DNA of 64,000 nucleotides. It comes from Octopus vulgaris (lineage: Eukaryota). Where the stretch lies: contig OX597816.1 in NCBI GenBank assembly GCA_951406725.2, positions 109,058,001-109,122,000 on the forward strand. The letters are read 5' to 3'. The notes beneath the pieces are model-generated. The model did no database searches. It saw only the letters and a program-made list of their open reading frames with translations, and had not been told where the DNA came from. Every line of letters starts with the position of its first letter. Within the stretch, counting starts at the first letter, position 1. Shown here in pieces: positions 26,561 to 39,812 of the stretch. The translations under genes and the position numbers were made by a program.

Positions 26561-26813
26561 CACCTGTTCAAAGTTATTTAGGAAATGCAGTCACTTTGGA
26601 AAAACCTCAGTTTTGTGACTTGATTGTGCCACCTTCACTTAAGTAACTGTGCACAAATGCATGTAGTTATGCTCACTTATGAATGCTTATACTTCCCTTT
26701 GTTGTTTTCCATTTTCTGAATTTCCCTTTTCATTGTTCTTTCTTTCTCTCTATCCTCTTTTTTCCCCATTGTTGATATGTTCATGCATGCTCCTGTTAAT
26801 ATACCACTCTTAA

Positions 26814-26931
26814 CCCTTTGAGCCCGTAACACTGGTTTACTGGTAGATGTCTTATTTTTCTCTATACTGTAGCACCGGTGGAGTGCCAGGTATATGGTAA
26901 AATAAGCTTCAGGTGGTCAGGGCTCAAAGGG
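26814..26931. mobile_element. Short piggyBac-type MITE (third family)
   Basis: TTAA|CCCTTTGAGCCC...GGGCTCAAAGGG|TTAA, perfect 12-bp TIR. Confidence 0.82.
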
Positions 26932-27384
26932 TTAAGTCTCTATTCTAATTCCAGTCTAATTTTTTCTTTCCGATAGTAATATTTTCATTTTTGTAATATT
27001 AACATTTGAAATGTATTACACTCTTAAGGGGAAAATAACTCATTTCTACTACCTATGAGCTGTGCACTGTAGCAGAAATGAAAACTATTTTTGCAAAGTA
27101 TATTTTAAATGGCCAAATAAACGAAGGCTTGGTCTGACAAATTGTTTTTATGGCAAGAAACTCTTAATAACTGCAATGGATTATATGTAGTTACTATTAC
27201 TTTTTATATATTGCACAATTTTTTTTTTGATATATTATTTATCACACTTGATATGATTAAACACACACATACATACACATTTATCAAATCAAGCTATATT
27301 AACATGGTAAAACAGTGATTAAAACAATAGTGATAATAACAATAATACATATATACATATATATATATGTATTGTCTTTGCCAG

Positions 27385-27537
27385 AAATGAAGAAAATCGA
27401 AAATATGATTAAAGACTATTCAAAATATGTAAAAAATGTTGGTGAACAATTTTCCATGGAATCTGATGCTAAAGAGGATTCAGAAAGTCATTCCTCAGAA
27501 ACAGATAACCTGCATAAAGACCCTTTAACTGACACAA
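27385..27537 (+). CDS. OS9: OS-9 coding exon (153 nt, phase 1-1), (E)MKKIENMIKDYSKYVKNVGEQF...DPLTDT
   Basis: tctttgccag acceptor and A|gtaagg donor; in frame; within ORF 27315..27563. Confidence 0.82.
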
Positions 27538-27682
27538 GTAAGGAATGCATTTGTCTTTACTAATCATTATTTTTGATAACACTTTGTAATTCTACTTAAC
27601 TAATTATCAGTTTCACTAATCTTTAATTTACTGCTTTTCGTTGTTTTCCAGGGTCTCTTTTTATTAATGTTTATCAGATTAA

Positions 27683-27889
27683 CCCTTTAACATTCAAACC
27701 AGCCATTCCAACCCTATTTTATGTTCAAACTGGCCAGATCCAGCCTCTCTCACCTACTCTGCAATGTCATTCTAAAAATAAGCAATCATATCTTTGAAAT
27801 CTCAAAGCTATGAGATAATACAGAATTAGTTTTATAAAATGTGAATATTTAAGTATTTTATTTGACAAAGTAATCTGAATGCTAAAGGG
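27683..27889. mobile_element. piggyBac-type MITE, same family as 14182-14385
   Basis: TTAA|CCCTTTAACATTC...GAATGCTAAAGGG|TGAA (right TSD mutated); internal similarity to the 14182 copy. Confidence 0.75.
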
Positions 27890-29802
27890 TGAATGCAGTC
27901 TCTTGTCAGCTTTCACTTTACTAATCTTCTAGGCAATGAATTCTTAATACACTAATCTACTGACAGATCAATCTATACTTACTGAACGTATAAGAGCTGC
28001 ATGAATAGTTTATTTTCTAAATGTCAATTGCAGTATTTCTCTAATGAATCTCCATTAAACTTCTCTAAATCATATGGATCTAAGCAAACTTGGTGGATTG
28101 CAATGCTATGATTAACACCTTTCCACCTTGAACCAAAATCTAAAATAAAAAAAAAACAAAAAACAAAAAACAAAATCTGTTTTTTAATATGCATTGCGTT
28201 TTAGTCAAATTCAACTGGTTAAAATTTATGCTCATAATGCTCACTGGATCAATGTAGAACTTCTCAAAATTTTGACCGTTTACTTAAGCTTATTGTGTTT
28301 CTTTTTTTTTCTTTTTTATGCCTTGAGCTGGACAGGTTCACAATGTGGCATAATGTCACCCCTCACAATTTTGTCATTTCATTTGTGAGGGACAGCATCC
28401 TGGGATCTGATTTTTATTACGTTTGCCAATGCCTTCTTTGATTTTTCTGTTGCTTTATGTCCTTTCCGCTGTAATTATATGTTTTTTGTTTGTTATAGAT
28501 AAACTTCTCGTTTCATGTTATTGCTTCCTTATGTAAACACATGGTTTGCCCCTGGCAGGAAATAACTCAAGGGTTCTCATGAGTAGCCAGGGTGAACTCT
28601 TATAACTTACAGAACTGTAATAAACAGGATGAGATTGAAAACCAAACTCTGATTGACTCTTTCCTGCACACCAATTTTGTCATTGAGTTCATTAATAACT
28701 CCTACTCTTCTGACAGCATCTCTGTACTTTTCAAAGATCCTGTATATAGAGAAAAGTTATTATTTTTTTCCAATTTTTCTTGTTATATCAGTCAAGTTTT
28801 ACTTTGCTTGCTTCTAAGTATTTGTGTGCCATAGCTGTAGCTTTGGAATAATTTTCTGTTTGCATCAGCTCTAATCTTCACTATGTGTGTGGGAAAATGT
28901 ATATATTATCTATATTAGCTTTGGAGTACAATTAGTAGTTTCTTGGTTTTTCTAATGTCTTCAATTCACAAATCTTTCAGTTAATTAAGTTAAAACTGTA
29001 GGTTACGATATGGATGTCTAGACTATTTATACCCATTATATTATTTCTAGTACTGAGTTCAGTTATTAATATCGTGTCTGGATTTTATCACTTTCATCTT
29101 CTCTTGTGGGTTGTTCTGATCTAATTTTCTGATTTCAGTGATTTGATTGAATATACTACTTTTGGTTTTCACCTGTTATTCGTTTCAGTTGACTTTAACC
29201 TTTGAACTTTCTAAAGAAAGTATCTGTACTGTATTGGATTGATTTAATTGTTCTTCATCTCCCAGTTTGTGGGCCTTGTACCTATGTTAGAAATCATTAT
29301 TGGAAATCATTAGCATGCTGGACAAAATGCTCAGTGGCATTTCTTCCTGCTTTACATTCTGAGTTCAAATTCTGCCAAAGTTGACATTACCTTTCATCCT
29401 TTCTGGGTCGAGAAAATAGGTACCAGTTGAGCACTGGTATCGATGTAAGTGACTACCTCCCTCCCCACAAATTGTGCTTACAGTAGAAAGAATCATTAGC
29501 TGTTTTACATAACTTTTGATTTGTTTGTGCCACATTCATAAAATACCATCTGTTTATTCTTCTACTAGACCTTGATTTATTTCTAATTAGACCATGCAGT
29601 TTTTTGGGTTTTTTAAAAAATAATTCTAGAATATAAGAAAAATGAAACTTTGCTGGTGAAAGGTGATGCTTTAACCATTTCTGTTGACTGTTTCTGCTCT
29701 ATACATAGACAGATACATTCTTCATTGATGCAGTGTGTATCAATTAAAAAAAAAATTACTTTCTTTTTCTTTCATTGTTTTCAAATTTTGAACCTTATTC
29801 AG

Positions 29803-29910
29803 GCTCTGCAAATGATGCACCCTCACCATCCTCAGATCCTGATGGGGTAACACCAGCTGCTAGTGATGAAGAGCAAACAGACAAACTATCTGACAGTGCA
29901 ACAGATAAAG
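29803..29910 (+). CDS. OS9: OS-9 coding exon (108 nt, phase 1-1), (S)SANDAPSPSSDPDGVTPAASDEEQTDKLSDSATDK
   Basis: ttattcag acceptor and G|gtgagt donor; no stop in the inherited frame. Confidence 0.8.
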
Positions 29911-30632
29911 GTGAGTAATGAATTAACTTACTAATGATATATAATCTTGTAGAATAACTGTTGGGTGGTCATTGTTGTTGCTTAATCTCAGCTCAACTTT
30001 GATTGAGCAAGCTTGTGATTAAAAACATTATAGTTATGACCAGCCTGCCTTTTTGGGTATACATTATTCAATTTGTCCTTCCTTGTCTCAAGTTTTGGTG
30101 TTGATTTCATGATGATGATTTGGGGGCTATTTCTTGCAGGATGTGTGACCATATAGAGGCTTCCTTCATTGTTACTCTTTTGGATGGTGAACTTGGGTTT
30201 AATCTTTTACTCATTTTATCACCTAACTTTGGTTACCTTTAACGGAATTATAAAAGATTGTAAGCATAGCTGTGTGACTAGGAACATCAACAAGCAAGTC
30301 TGAAAGCTTATCTATGCTGTGAAAATGTGATTCCTGAGATGAATTACTAAAGGTATTCTATACAGATGGAGTGAAAAATCATTGAAGTCTTTAGATGGAC
30401 AGAAATCATCTGAAAATTTCTGAACAGTATAAGGAAGTAACAGGTTATGCTCATTAGACTTCATGTGAGAAAACAAAGCCTTGAACGCTTGGTAACATCT
30501 GGAAATATATTAAAATATAGAAGAAGCTGGAGAAGATTCAGTGAAAAGATATTCATTCACTAATTTGTGAAGTTTTGTATGAGTAGAGGTCTTTGATCTC
30601 TGATGCCTCTTGGTGTAGCATATTAAAAAAGG

Positions 30633-31035
30633 TGCAGGTATTGCTGTGTAGTAAGAAGCTTGCTTCCCAACTACATAGTTCCAGGTTCAGTCCCTGTGCA
30701 TGGCACCTTGGGCAAGTGTCTTGTACTATAGCCTTGGGCTGACCAAAGTCTTATGAGTAGATTTGGTAGACAGAAACTGAAAGAAGCCCATCGTCATATA
30801 TATGTATGTGTGTGTGTCTTTGAGTTTGTGTTTGTCCTCCACCACCAGTTTATCAACTAGTGTTGGTGTGTTTATGTCCCTATAACTTAGCAGTTCAGCA
30901 AAAGAGGCAGATAGAAAAGTATCAGGCTTTAAAAGAAAAAAAATGTACAGGGTTGATCCATTTAATTTAAATTTCTTCAAGGCAGTGCTCCAGCATGGTC
31001 GTAGTCCAGTGACTGAAACAAGTAAAAGATAAACG
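30633..31035 (+). mobile_element. SINE family A copy
   Basis: Full-length match to family A. Confidence 0.85.
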
Positions 31036-32873
31036 ATAGAAGATTCCTGCCAGGTCTCTAGTGTGATGATAAATCATATTTTATGTACTGTTTCCGTACT
31101 GTTTCAACTCATGAGTTGCAGTTTCTTTCTCTTTTTGTTTCCCACCAATCTCAGTGGGTCTGCAAAAGGTCAGCATTCTTAACTTCACTTACTTTCGACT
31201 CAGTCATTCATTTTTGTTACTATTGATGACCTTATCCATCATAACCCCTTCATTCTTTCCCTCCCTCGCACTAAATGTGAATAACCATGCAGCAATTCTA
31301 CAAGAACCTGCTTTGTCCCCTCTCCCAGTTCTCTCATACTCTGACCCTGTGTCCCCTAACAGCCCACCCCTCTCAGGGTTTGTAGTCTTGTCAGTTGCAT
31401 GGTGACCTCAATAGTGCTGGTGACATAAAAAAAGCACCCAGAGTACATGCTGTTTAGTGGTTGGCATTAGGAAGGGCATCCAGCTGTCGAATCTGTGCCG
31501 AAGCAGACATTGGTGTACAATACAGTCCTTGGGCCCATTTAGCCCTGCCAAACCCGACCAACCCATGCCAGCTTGGAACATGGACATTAAATGATGATGA
31601 TGATGAACTTCACAGGATTTCTTTAAATTCTTTTTTATTCGTTTTGTGCCACATTCCTTGCAGTTTTTGGTGGAATATTGTTGGTTTCCTTCAAATAGTT
31701 TTCTTCTTTGACAAAGTATTCATATTTTCCAGTAATATGTCATGTGATATTGTCAAGATGTTTTGGTCATATTTTCTTTTGTTTGTCATATATTTTCTAA
31801 CCGATCTTTGTGTTTTTTTAACTTTAAATTGTTTTCTGTTTACTCAATATGTTAGGCAAGATAAATTTTGTATTTCTATTTACCAATTTTTTTTTGACAA
31901 TTGTTTCTTTCTCAGGATATAATTTTTTGGGAAGAAAGATTTTATTTATATAATCTCCTTTTTCTTTCACTTCAAAATCTATTATGAGTTGTTGTTTTTT
32001 TCTGTTGAGATGGCAGAATAATTAGAGCATCAGAAAAAAATTCTTAAAAAAATGTGTGCTATTTCCTACAACTCTGTACTTTCTGAGCTCAAATCTCATT
32101 GAGGTCAACTTCGCCTTTAAATTTTTGGGGATTGTTAAAATAAAATACCAGTCATCCATTGGAAATCGATGATGTCATCTAGCACTCTTGCCTAAAAATT
32201 ACTGGCTGTGTGCCTAGATTAGAAACCATTTTTAAATAATCCCAAAGTACCATCTGCTGTAATTAATTCCCCAAAATTTCAGTCAATTACTGATACCTAT
32301 TTTATCGATTTTTATTCAAGTGAAGTTTTGTCCCTTGTTAGAGTTACTTCCCTTCAGGGAGCAAATACCACAAGTAATTTATATTGATTTAGACACATGC
32401 TTGCGTACACACACATTCACTCATTCATTTTCTCTCTTTCTGTCACAAGGATACACACTCTCTCTCTCGCCCTATCTGTCTCCCTTCACACATACACATT
32501 CACTCTCTCTCTCTCTCTCTCTCTGTCGCTTTCTGTTTCCTCTCTCTCTCACACATACACACACTGCAAATTTTCTACCTATTAAATTTCTGTCGCTTGG
32601 CATTAATTGACTCAAATAAATATATGTAGAAGTCACTCACCCAAAGTACTGTGCAGTGGGATTGAACCTGGTGCCACATGGGTGCAAAGCAAACGTCTTC
32701 ACCATACAGCCACACTTGCACCCTAATTATCAATGTCAGAAGTGCAGGAGTGGTAGAATGAAGTTGGTTGGAAGATGAGAGGTGGCTGGGCTCATTGACT
32801 ACCCGAAGAAATACTTCATTAAGCGTAATCATTCCAGATTTTGACTTCAGATTATGTCAAATTTAAGTTTAAA

Positions 32874-33266
32874 CTAGTAGTATTGCCTGGCGTTGCTCGG
32901 GTTCGTTTCGACCCTTTAGAATTGGAATTTTTGAAAAGTAAAAATTTTGCATTATGTAGCTTGTTATTCTCTTTAAGTGAACATTTGTCTGGTTGAAATA
33001 CACCGAAAAATGGCAACACAGCAGTCAAAAAATCGTAAAAAATAGGGATTTTCATAGAAAAAACCCCCCACATTTTTTATGTATATAATTTTTGGTGTTA
33101 ACATGGTCTGATTTGAATTTTATCTTCTACAGAATGAAGAGCAAGCCTTCTTCTCTCATACTTTCAATTTTAGTCAACTTGCGCCGCAGGGTCTCAGAGG
33201 AGATAGTGATAGTTGAAGGCTACCAAACCTGCCACACACAGACAACTTCAGCTTTATATATATAGA
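32874..33266 (-). mobile_element. Non-autonomous Helitron
   Basis: Minus strand A|TCTATATATATAAAGCTG ... cccgagcaacgccagg hairpin ... CTAG|T. Shares its termini with 6401-6796 but has a different interior. Confidence 0.85.
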
Positions 33267-34389
33267 TTAACATCTGTTATCTTTTGCTTCTTACATGTTT
33301 GTGTCATTGGACTGTGGTCTTGCTGGTGCAATGCCTTGTAGGGTTTTAGTTAAATGAATCGATTCCATTACTTATTTTACTTATTCTTTTGATAAGCATG
33401 GTACTTATTCTATTGGTCTTTTATGCCAAACTGCTAAGTTGCAGGGATGTAAATAGACCAACACCAGTTGTCAAGAAGTGGCAGGCCCAAAACAAACCAC
33501 ACACTCATAAATACACAGTTTCTGTTTTCCCAATCCACTCACAAACTCACCACGCTTTAGTTGACCTGGTTCTATAGTAGTAAACTTTTTCTCAGTGGAA
33601 TTGAACCTGAGATCATGTGATAGGGAAGCAAACTTCTTGTCTTTAAGTTTTTCTTTTACACCGCATACACACACAAATACATACACTTACATACACCCAC
33701 ACGTGTGTGTGTGTGTCCCTGTTTCTGTTTGTTACCTCTCCCACCACTTGACAACTGGTGTTGGTTTGTTTATGTCCCCCATAACTTAGCAGTTCAACAA
33801 AAAAGACTAATAGAATAAGTACCATACTTAAACATAAAAAAACAAACAAGCAAACAAACAAAAAGTAAAACTCATAAGTACTGGGCACAGTACTAAAACC
33901 CCTCCAAGCCGTGCTCCAGATTGGCCACAGACCAGTGACTGAAGCAAGTAAAAGCTAAAAGATAAGAAGATTCTTTATTTCATATTCCAATACAGCTGTT
34001 GTATTATATCTTTCCACATGACATTTAAGGCAACTTGATTTGCCTTGCAAAGCAGCTTTGATCTAAATATTAAGAAAATTAAATATAAGGTTACAAGTTT
34101 TTTTGACTACTAATCGAGAAGAATTTTTTTTATTATTTTTCAAATATTTACATCTGCATAACATTTTGATCGATCGGATTTCTGAATGTATTAGGTGTCT
34201 TCATCACAATCATCATTTAGTACCCATACTCAATGCTGGCATGGGTTGGATGGTTTGACTAAGAACTGGTAAGCTGGGAAGCTGCACCAGGTTCCAATCT
34301 GATTTGGCATGGTTTCCACAGCTGGATGCCCTTCTTAATGCCAACCATTCCAAGAGTGTAATGGGTGCTTTTTACTGATTATGCACATA

Positions 34390-34566
34390 GACGCAGGAGT
34401 GGCTGTGTGGTAAGTAGCTTGCTTACCAACCACATGGTCCTGGGTTCAGTCCCACTGTGTGGTACCTTGTCTTCTACTATAGCTTTAGGCTGACCAAAGC
34501 CTTGTGAGTGGATTTGGTAGATGGAAACTGAAAGAAGCCTGTTGCATGTATGTATGTATGTATGTA

Positions 34567-34603
<37 letters not shown>

Positions 34604-34790
34604 ATGTCCCCATTGCTTGACAACCGATGTTGGTGTGTTTAGTCCACGTAACTTAGCAGTTGGGCAAAAGAGACCAATAGAATAAGTACTAGGCTTCAAA
34701 GAACAAGACCTGGGGGTTGATTTGTTCGACTAAAGGCAATGCCCCAGCATAGTCACTGTCAAATGACTGAAGCAATTAAAAGAATGAAAG
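34390..34790 (+). mobile_element. SINE family A copy, flanked by opposite-orientation copies
   Basis: gcaggagtggctgtgtggtaagtagcttgc...gactgaagcaattaaaag. Confidence 0.85.
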
Positions 34791-37669
34791 ATTAGTATAC
34801 CAGACTATATTTGAACTTGAGACTTTTCTTTCTAAGCTAAGAATAATAATGCTCTTATCCACTTGGCCAGTGTTTTCATTGTGGTTTCTAGGAAAAAATT
34901 CTGATGTCCTGCAAGATAAGGTGGCTTTTAATTTGATTGAATTTGATACAATCTTATTTTCTAAAACTAATGTTAAAACCCGTTTTTATATCTTTCATCT
35001 TTTACTTCAGTCATTAAACTGCAGCCATGCTGGAGCATCTTCATGAAGGGTTTTAGTCAAACAAATCGACCCTAGCACTTATTGTTTATTCTTAAGTCTG
35101 GTACTTATTCTATCGGTCTCTTTTGCCAAACTGCTAAGTTATGGGGAGTTAAACATATCAAGACCAGTTGTCAAGTCGTGGTGGAGGACAAACTCAAACA
35201 GAGAGACATGTAATTTTTATATGAATAAACTCTCTCTGAAATAAATTTGATTTAATTTCATAACATTTGGAAATTATAGTGATGGTGGTGGTGTTTATAA
35301 AATATAGGTATAATTCTGCAATTTTTAGAAAATCCAGTAATGGCTTTTTGAAATGTTTGGAAATCACTGCACTTAACATTGCATTGATGCATTTAAAACA
35401 AGGGCTTTCCTTTTCTTTTTTATGCTGTTGTACCAGCATCAGTGGCCAAATGGATAATTATTACTCTTAAATTAGAAACAAAGATTTCTAGTTTGAATCC
35501 AGTGTAGTTCAGTTATAAATATCTAGAAATAAAATTTTTGATAATGACAGATGAAACCAGTCAAAAGACTGTGTGTGTGTGTGTATGTGTGTGTTTGTAA
35601 ATACATATGTACTGCACTCTTGTGCAACTACTCACCCTGCCTGGAACCACTGCCTTTGTCTCCTGTATTCTCAGGGAACCACTTCCAAGTCTCCAGCATT
35701 CTTATTCCTTACCACCTTATTTTTCACTAACGGTCTCTTTTATCTTCCTTCATTGCTCATTCTACCCTTACAACCTCTGTTCATCTCCCACTATTTCCAC
35801 CTCTATGCACCTCTTGCATCCCACCACCAAACATTTAAAATTATCTGTGCTACCACATATTACCTCTCTGACTCACTTCTAATTCCCATTGTCCCCTCCC
35901 CCCTGACATTTGTCACTGACCATGCCTCCACTTGACTTCATCATTCACTGCATTCACCTCTATCCCCATCTCTATCCAACTGCTATTATCCTTTCATACT
36001 TTTATGAACTACCTATGCGTTCTTCCTGTTCAATGTTCTTGACCACTTCTATCACAGCTACCTTCTTGGAATTTGAGGGTACTCCCTGACATCGCTTTAC
36101 CGTTATCTTCTCTTGTTTTCCAACTGGGGTAGCCATGTACCTTCTCTATAGTAAGACAACTGTTCCTGTCTCTCATTACCTGGCACAAAGCCTCCTCCCT
36201 CAATGCTACACCTGCATCAGTTTAAGGGTTTTTCTTTTGCAAGTTAGTTGGTGACCTTACTAGTGCTGGTGCCATATAGAAAAGCACCTAGTACCCTCTG
36301 TGAAGTGGTTGGCATTAGGAAGGGTGTCTAGCTGTAGAAATCATGCTAATGCAGATATTGGAGCTTGGCACAGTCATCTGGCATGCCAGTTCCTGTCAAA
36401 CTATCAAACCCATGCCAGCATGGAAAATGGATATTAAACAGTGATGATGATGATGATATATGTATAGCATATAGTTATATCTTTCTTTTTACCTTGGGTC
36501 CTCAAGTCTTGATGGAGTCATAGGTGTGCTTTTGTAACATATGGTATGTCTTAGGCAAGTTCTAAGAAAATCCGGTACAACAAATTCCATCTGAATGCAA
36601 GCATGGGAAAGTGGATGTTAAATGATGATGTTAATGCTACTGCTGCTGACATATAATCATCAGGAAAGATGAAGTTGAATAGAATCCTAAAATTATAATA
36701 TTCATAATAATTCAGTAAACCCATATTGAATAGTTAGATGTTTAAAAGTAAATACATTGACTGAATATTTAAGATTTTGAACAGCTTAGAATCATCTTGT
36801 CTCTCATTTTTTGAAGAGAATTATTAATCTGTGAGATTATGAAATAAGAAAGAAAGTGAAACCTTATTCTCATCCACCTTTCCTCCATTATCACTTTTAA
36901 AATTAGATGGAAATTGCCTAAAATTTAATATCCAGCAACAACAAGAAGAAAACTAACCCATTGTCTTTTTTCTTTTTTTTTTTTAAATTTGCCCTTCTTC
37001 CCTTATAGTTCTTGAGTTAGCTTTGCAACAAATTTTATGATTGATGTCCTTAAAAAATTGTTCGGGCTAAAAACCTTATTAATATTTTGAACTAAATTTT
37101 GAAAAGCATATTACAGCTGCTCAGTACTAAAGAAACAAATATAATTTGGTGGAAATCACATAAATGGAATTTAATCTAATGTTATCAGAATAAACTTCAG
37201 AGAACCTTGTTATATTTTTCTTCAAAAATCTGAACTAAATTTGATAACACTGTCAAGAAAACAATCTAGAAGGGATTATTAAAAACAAAAAGAAAAGAAA
37301 AAACAAAGAAAGCAACAACAGATGTCTTGAAAGTGAACAATTCTCCTGTGTTAGAATAATATTTGTTCTCCATTTATAATTTGAAATTATCTTTAGTGTA
37401 TATAGTTTAAAAATTATAAATCAATTTACACTGATGTGTGCAAAGTTTTCAAAGCATAAAGAGCATTTCAAGTTTGTAATGGAAATTTCTTATCTCAAAT
37501 GTTTCAATATTTTGCTTGATTGTTTGTATATAGGGAAAAAATGTTTTGTAATTTATGAAGTTGTCATAATTTTCTTTTATGATTTATTATTGCAAATTCA
37601 ATTTCCTGAAATAATACACATGTTAGCTATAAAAATTAAAAGTTTTTCTTGTACATTTCTTTTGCACAG

Positions 37670-37816
37670 AAGCTGACAATAATGTTAAAGTCCGTGTAAG
37701 TAAACTCGGGCAGGGCGGACTCTTGAATGATGAAGAAGATGTAATGGATAAAGAAAATAATAAACTAGAAGAATCTGTTAAAGAAGGATTAGAAAAAGCT
37801 GGAATACAACTATCAG
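37670..37816 (+). CDS. OS9: OS-9 coding exon (147 nt, phase 1-1), (E)ADNNVKVRVSKL...LEESVKEGLEKAGIQLS
   Basis: ttttgcacag acceptor and G|gtgtgt donor. VKVRV and LEE.VK..LEKAG resemble conserved OS-9 C-terminal motifs. Confidence 0.87.
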
Positions 37817-38435
37817 GTGTGTTACAACAGCAATAGGTGGTGTTTGCACTGCCAGTAATTCTTCAGTTTTTCAGTATTGTGTTTTGCTCTCAGAGTTAAT
37901 TGGTCCTTTTTTGTTTTAATATCTTTTTCTAGTATTTAATTTGTAGGTGTAGATGCTGCTGTGTGGTTAAGAAGTCTACTTCTCAACTGCGTGGTTTCAG
38001 GTTCAGTATGGAATTGGGGAGCTTGCATATGGCTTTTCAGAGTGAGGCTAACTTTGTATAATAAGTTGCCAAACAAGGGCATCAAGCCAGTATTGCAAAA
38101 GGTGATGGTCAGTGTAGGACAGATGGATAGATCAACAGCAACACAAACATTGTTTGTTTAGTTGTGCACTGAAGATAGCTAAACCCAAGATAGAATATTG
38201 TTTAGTTACACACACACACACACACACACACACAATGGGCTTCTGGATAGTTTCAGTTCAGTTTACTTAATCTCACTCAAATGACTGTGATAAAAGCTAC
38301 ATACCAAAGGTGGTATGCTTTGAGATTGAACTTGAAACTATGGATTGCAAAGGAAACTTATTCATTACACAACCACATTATTTCTATGATTTTTTAGTTT
38401 GCTTTTACTCTATTCTTTATTTTTTTTTCTCTTAG

Positions 38436-38545
38436 GTGATAAAGTAAAAGTACGAATTTTCTCTACTGGTTTCTCTGGGAAGGACACAATCAAGATCTCA
38501 AAGGAAGAAGCAAATGCTGTGAAGAATATGGTAATTACTGTCTTG
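38436..38545 (+). CDS. OS9: OS-9 coding exon (110 nt, phase 1-0), (G)DKVKVRIFSTGFSGKDTIKISKEEANAVKNMVITVL
   Basis: Long T tract plus cttag acceptor and TTG|gtaagt donor. G.KVKV.I resembles the OS-9 GKIEIKI motif. Confidence 0.87.
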
Positions 38546-39094
38546 GTAAGTAACAGACTGCAAAGATATCTCCAAAACTCTGACTAACTTCCTCATCTGT
38601 ATTCTTTGATTGTCTTCTACAGTGTTGTTAGAAAAATCAATCAATTTCGACAGAGAGGTTTCCTATTTCTATCTTCACTTGGTTAGCATTTTAGCTATGT
38701 TTATCTGTTCTAACTTAAGTTAAAGAATGGAAGATGTCACATAGGAAGGAATTAATGGAGATTATAGCCAATTACCATCCCTGTGTGGGCATGCATGTTA
38801 GCCATTGTTATTGCTTAGCCTCAGGTCAACACTGATCAAATAGTTGTGCCTGTTCTACCTTTTTAGGGATAAGTAAGATTACCTAGCCTGCTTTGCTGTT
38901 TTGATTTTTGAAGTAACTTGCATGTGAATTGAGGAAAATTCGGCTGCTATTCCAAACAGTTTGAGTAACCATGTAAAGGTTCTCTTGCTGGCTCATACAT
39001 ATGTAATGTGTGTGTGTGTGAGTGTGTGTGTGTGCATGAGAGCACATTTCTGCTTGGAATGACTTCATTTTGTACATTTACTGGAATAGATGTA

Positions 39095-39273
39095 CAAGGG
39101 GTGTACTGAAAAGCTCCTGGCTTTGAGTAAAAGAAAATACAGGAGGATCAGTTAATTATGATTTCAGTCAACATATTCCCCTCTCAGATTCACACACTTA
39201 TTGCAGTGGTCCTTCAAATTTTCTAATCTCTGTAAAAGAACCCTTAAATCCAGGAACTTCTCAGTACCCTTTG
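39095..39273. mobile_element. Mariner-type MITE
   Basis: TA|CAAGGGGTGTACTGAAAAGCTCCTGG...CCAGGAACTTCTCAGTACCCTTTG|TA. Confidence 0.75.
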
Positions 39274-39421
39274 TATTGACTACACTTAATACTTACATGC
39301 ATGTCATAAATGTCACAACTTCACATTTTCATTTTTCGTTCCCATCATTAGATTATCTTTGTACCTAACCAAAATAAGTCAATGTTTATATCATGGTTCA
39401 GGGATCATGATACATACTAAC

Positions 39422-39812
39422 TTTTTTTGGAAGCACTCCGTCGGTTACGACGACAAGGGTTCCGGTTGATCCGAATCAACGGAACAGCCTGCTCGTGAAA
39501 TTAACGTGTAAGTGGCTGAGCACTCCACAGACACGTGTACCCTTAACATAGTTCTCGGAGATATTCAGCGTGACACAGAGAGTGACAAGGCTGGCCCTTT
39601 GAAATACAGGTACAACAGAAACAGGAAGTAAGAGTGAGAGGAAGTTGTGGTGAAAGAGTACAGCAGGGATCACCACCATCCCTGCCAGAGCCTCGTGGAG
39701 CTTTTAGGTGTTTTCGCTCAATAAACACTCACAACGCCCGGTCTGGGAATCGAAACTGCGATCCTACGACCGCGAGTCTGCTGCCCTAACCACTGGGCCA
39801 TTGCACCTCCAC
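39422..39812 (-). mobile_element. tRNA-derived SINE (OR-like, different 3' tail from 1192-1492), young insertion
   Basis: tRNA-like head gtggaggtgcaatggcccagtggttagggcagc...gtttcgattccc; A-tail; perfect 11-bp TSD tacatactaac at 39411-39421 and 39813-39823. Confidence 0.9.

Noticed and set aside
31461-31922. 153-aa ORF with a hydrophobic C-terminal half
   Set aside because: It starts in an RTE-tail repeat and runs into T-rich intron sequence; no splice or homology support.
39735-39812. tRNA-like cloverleaf (also 1420-1492 and 18535-18595)
   Set aside because: These are SINE heads continuous with a SINE body, two of them with TSDs; acceptor and anticodon stems are imperfect, so they are not tRNA genes.
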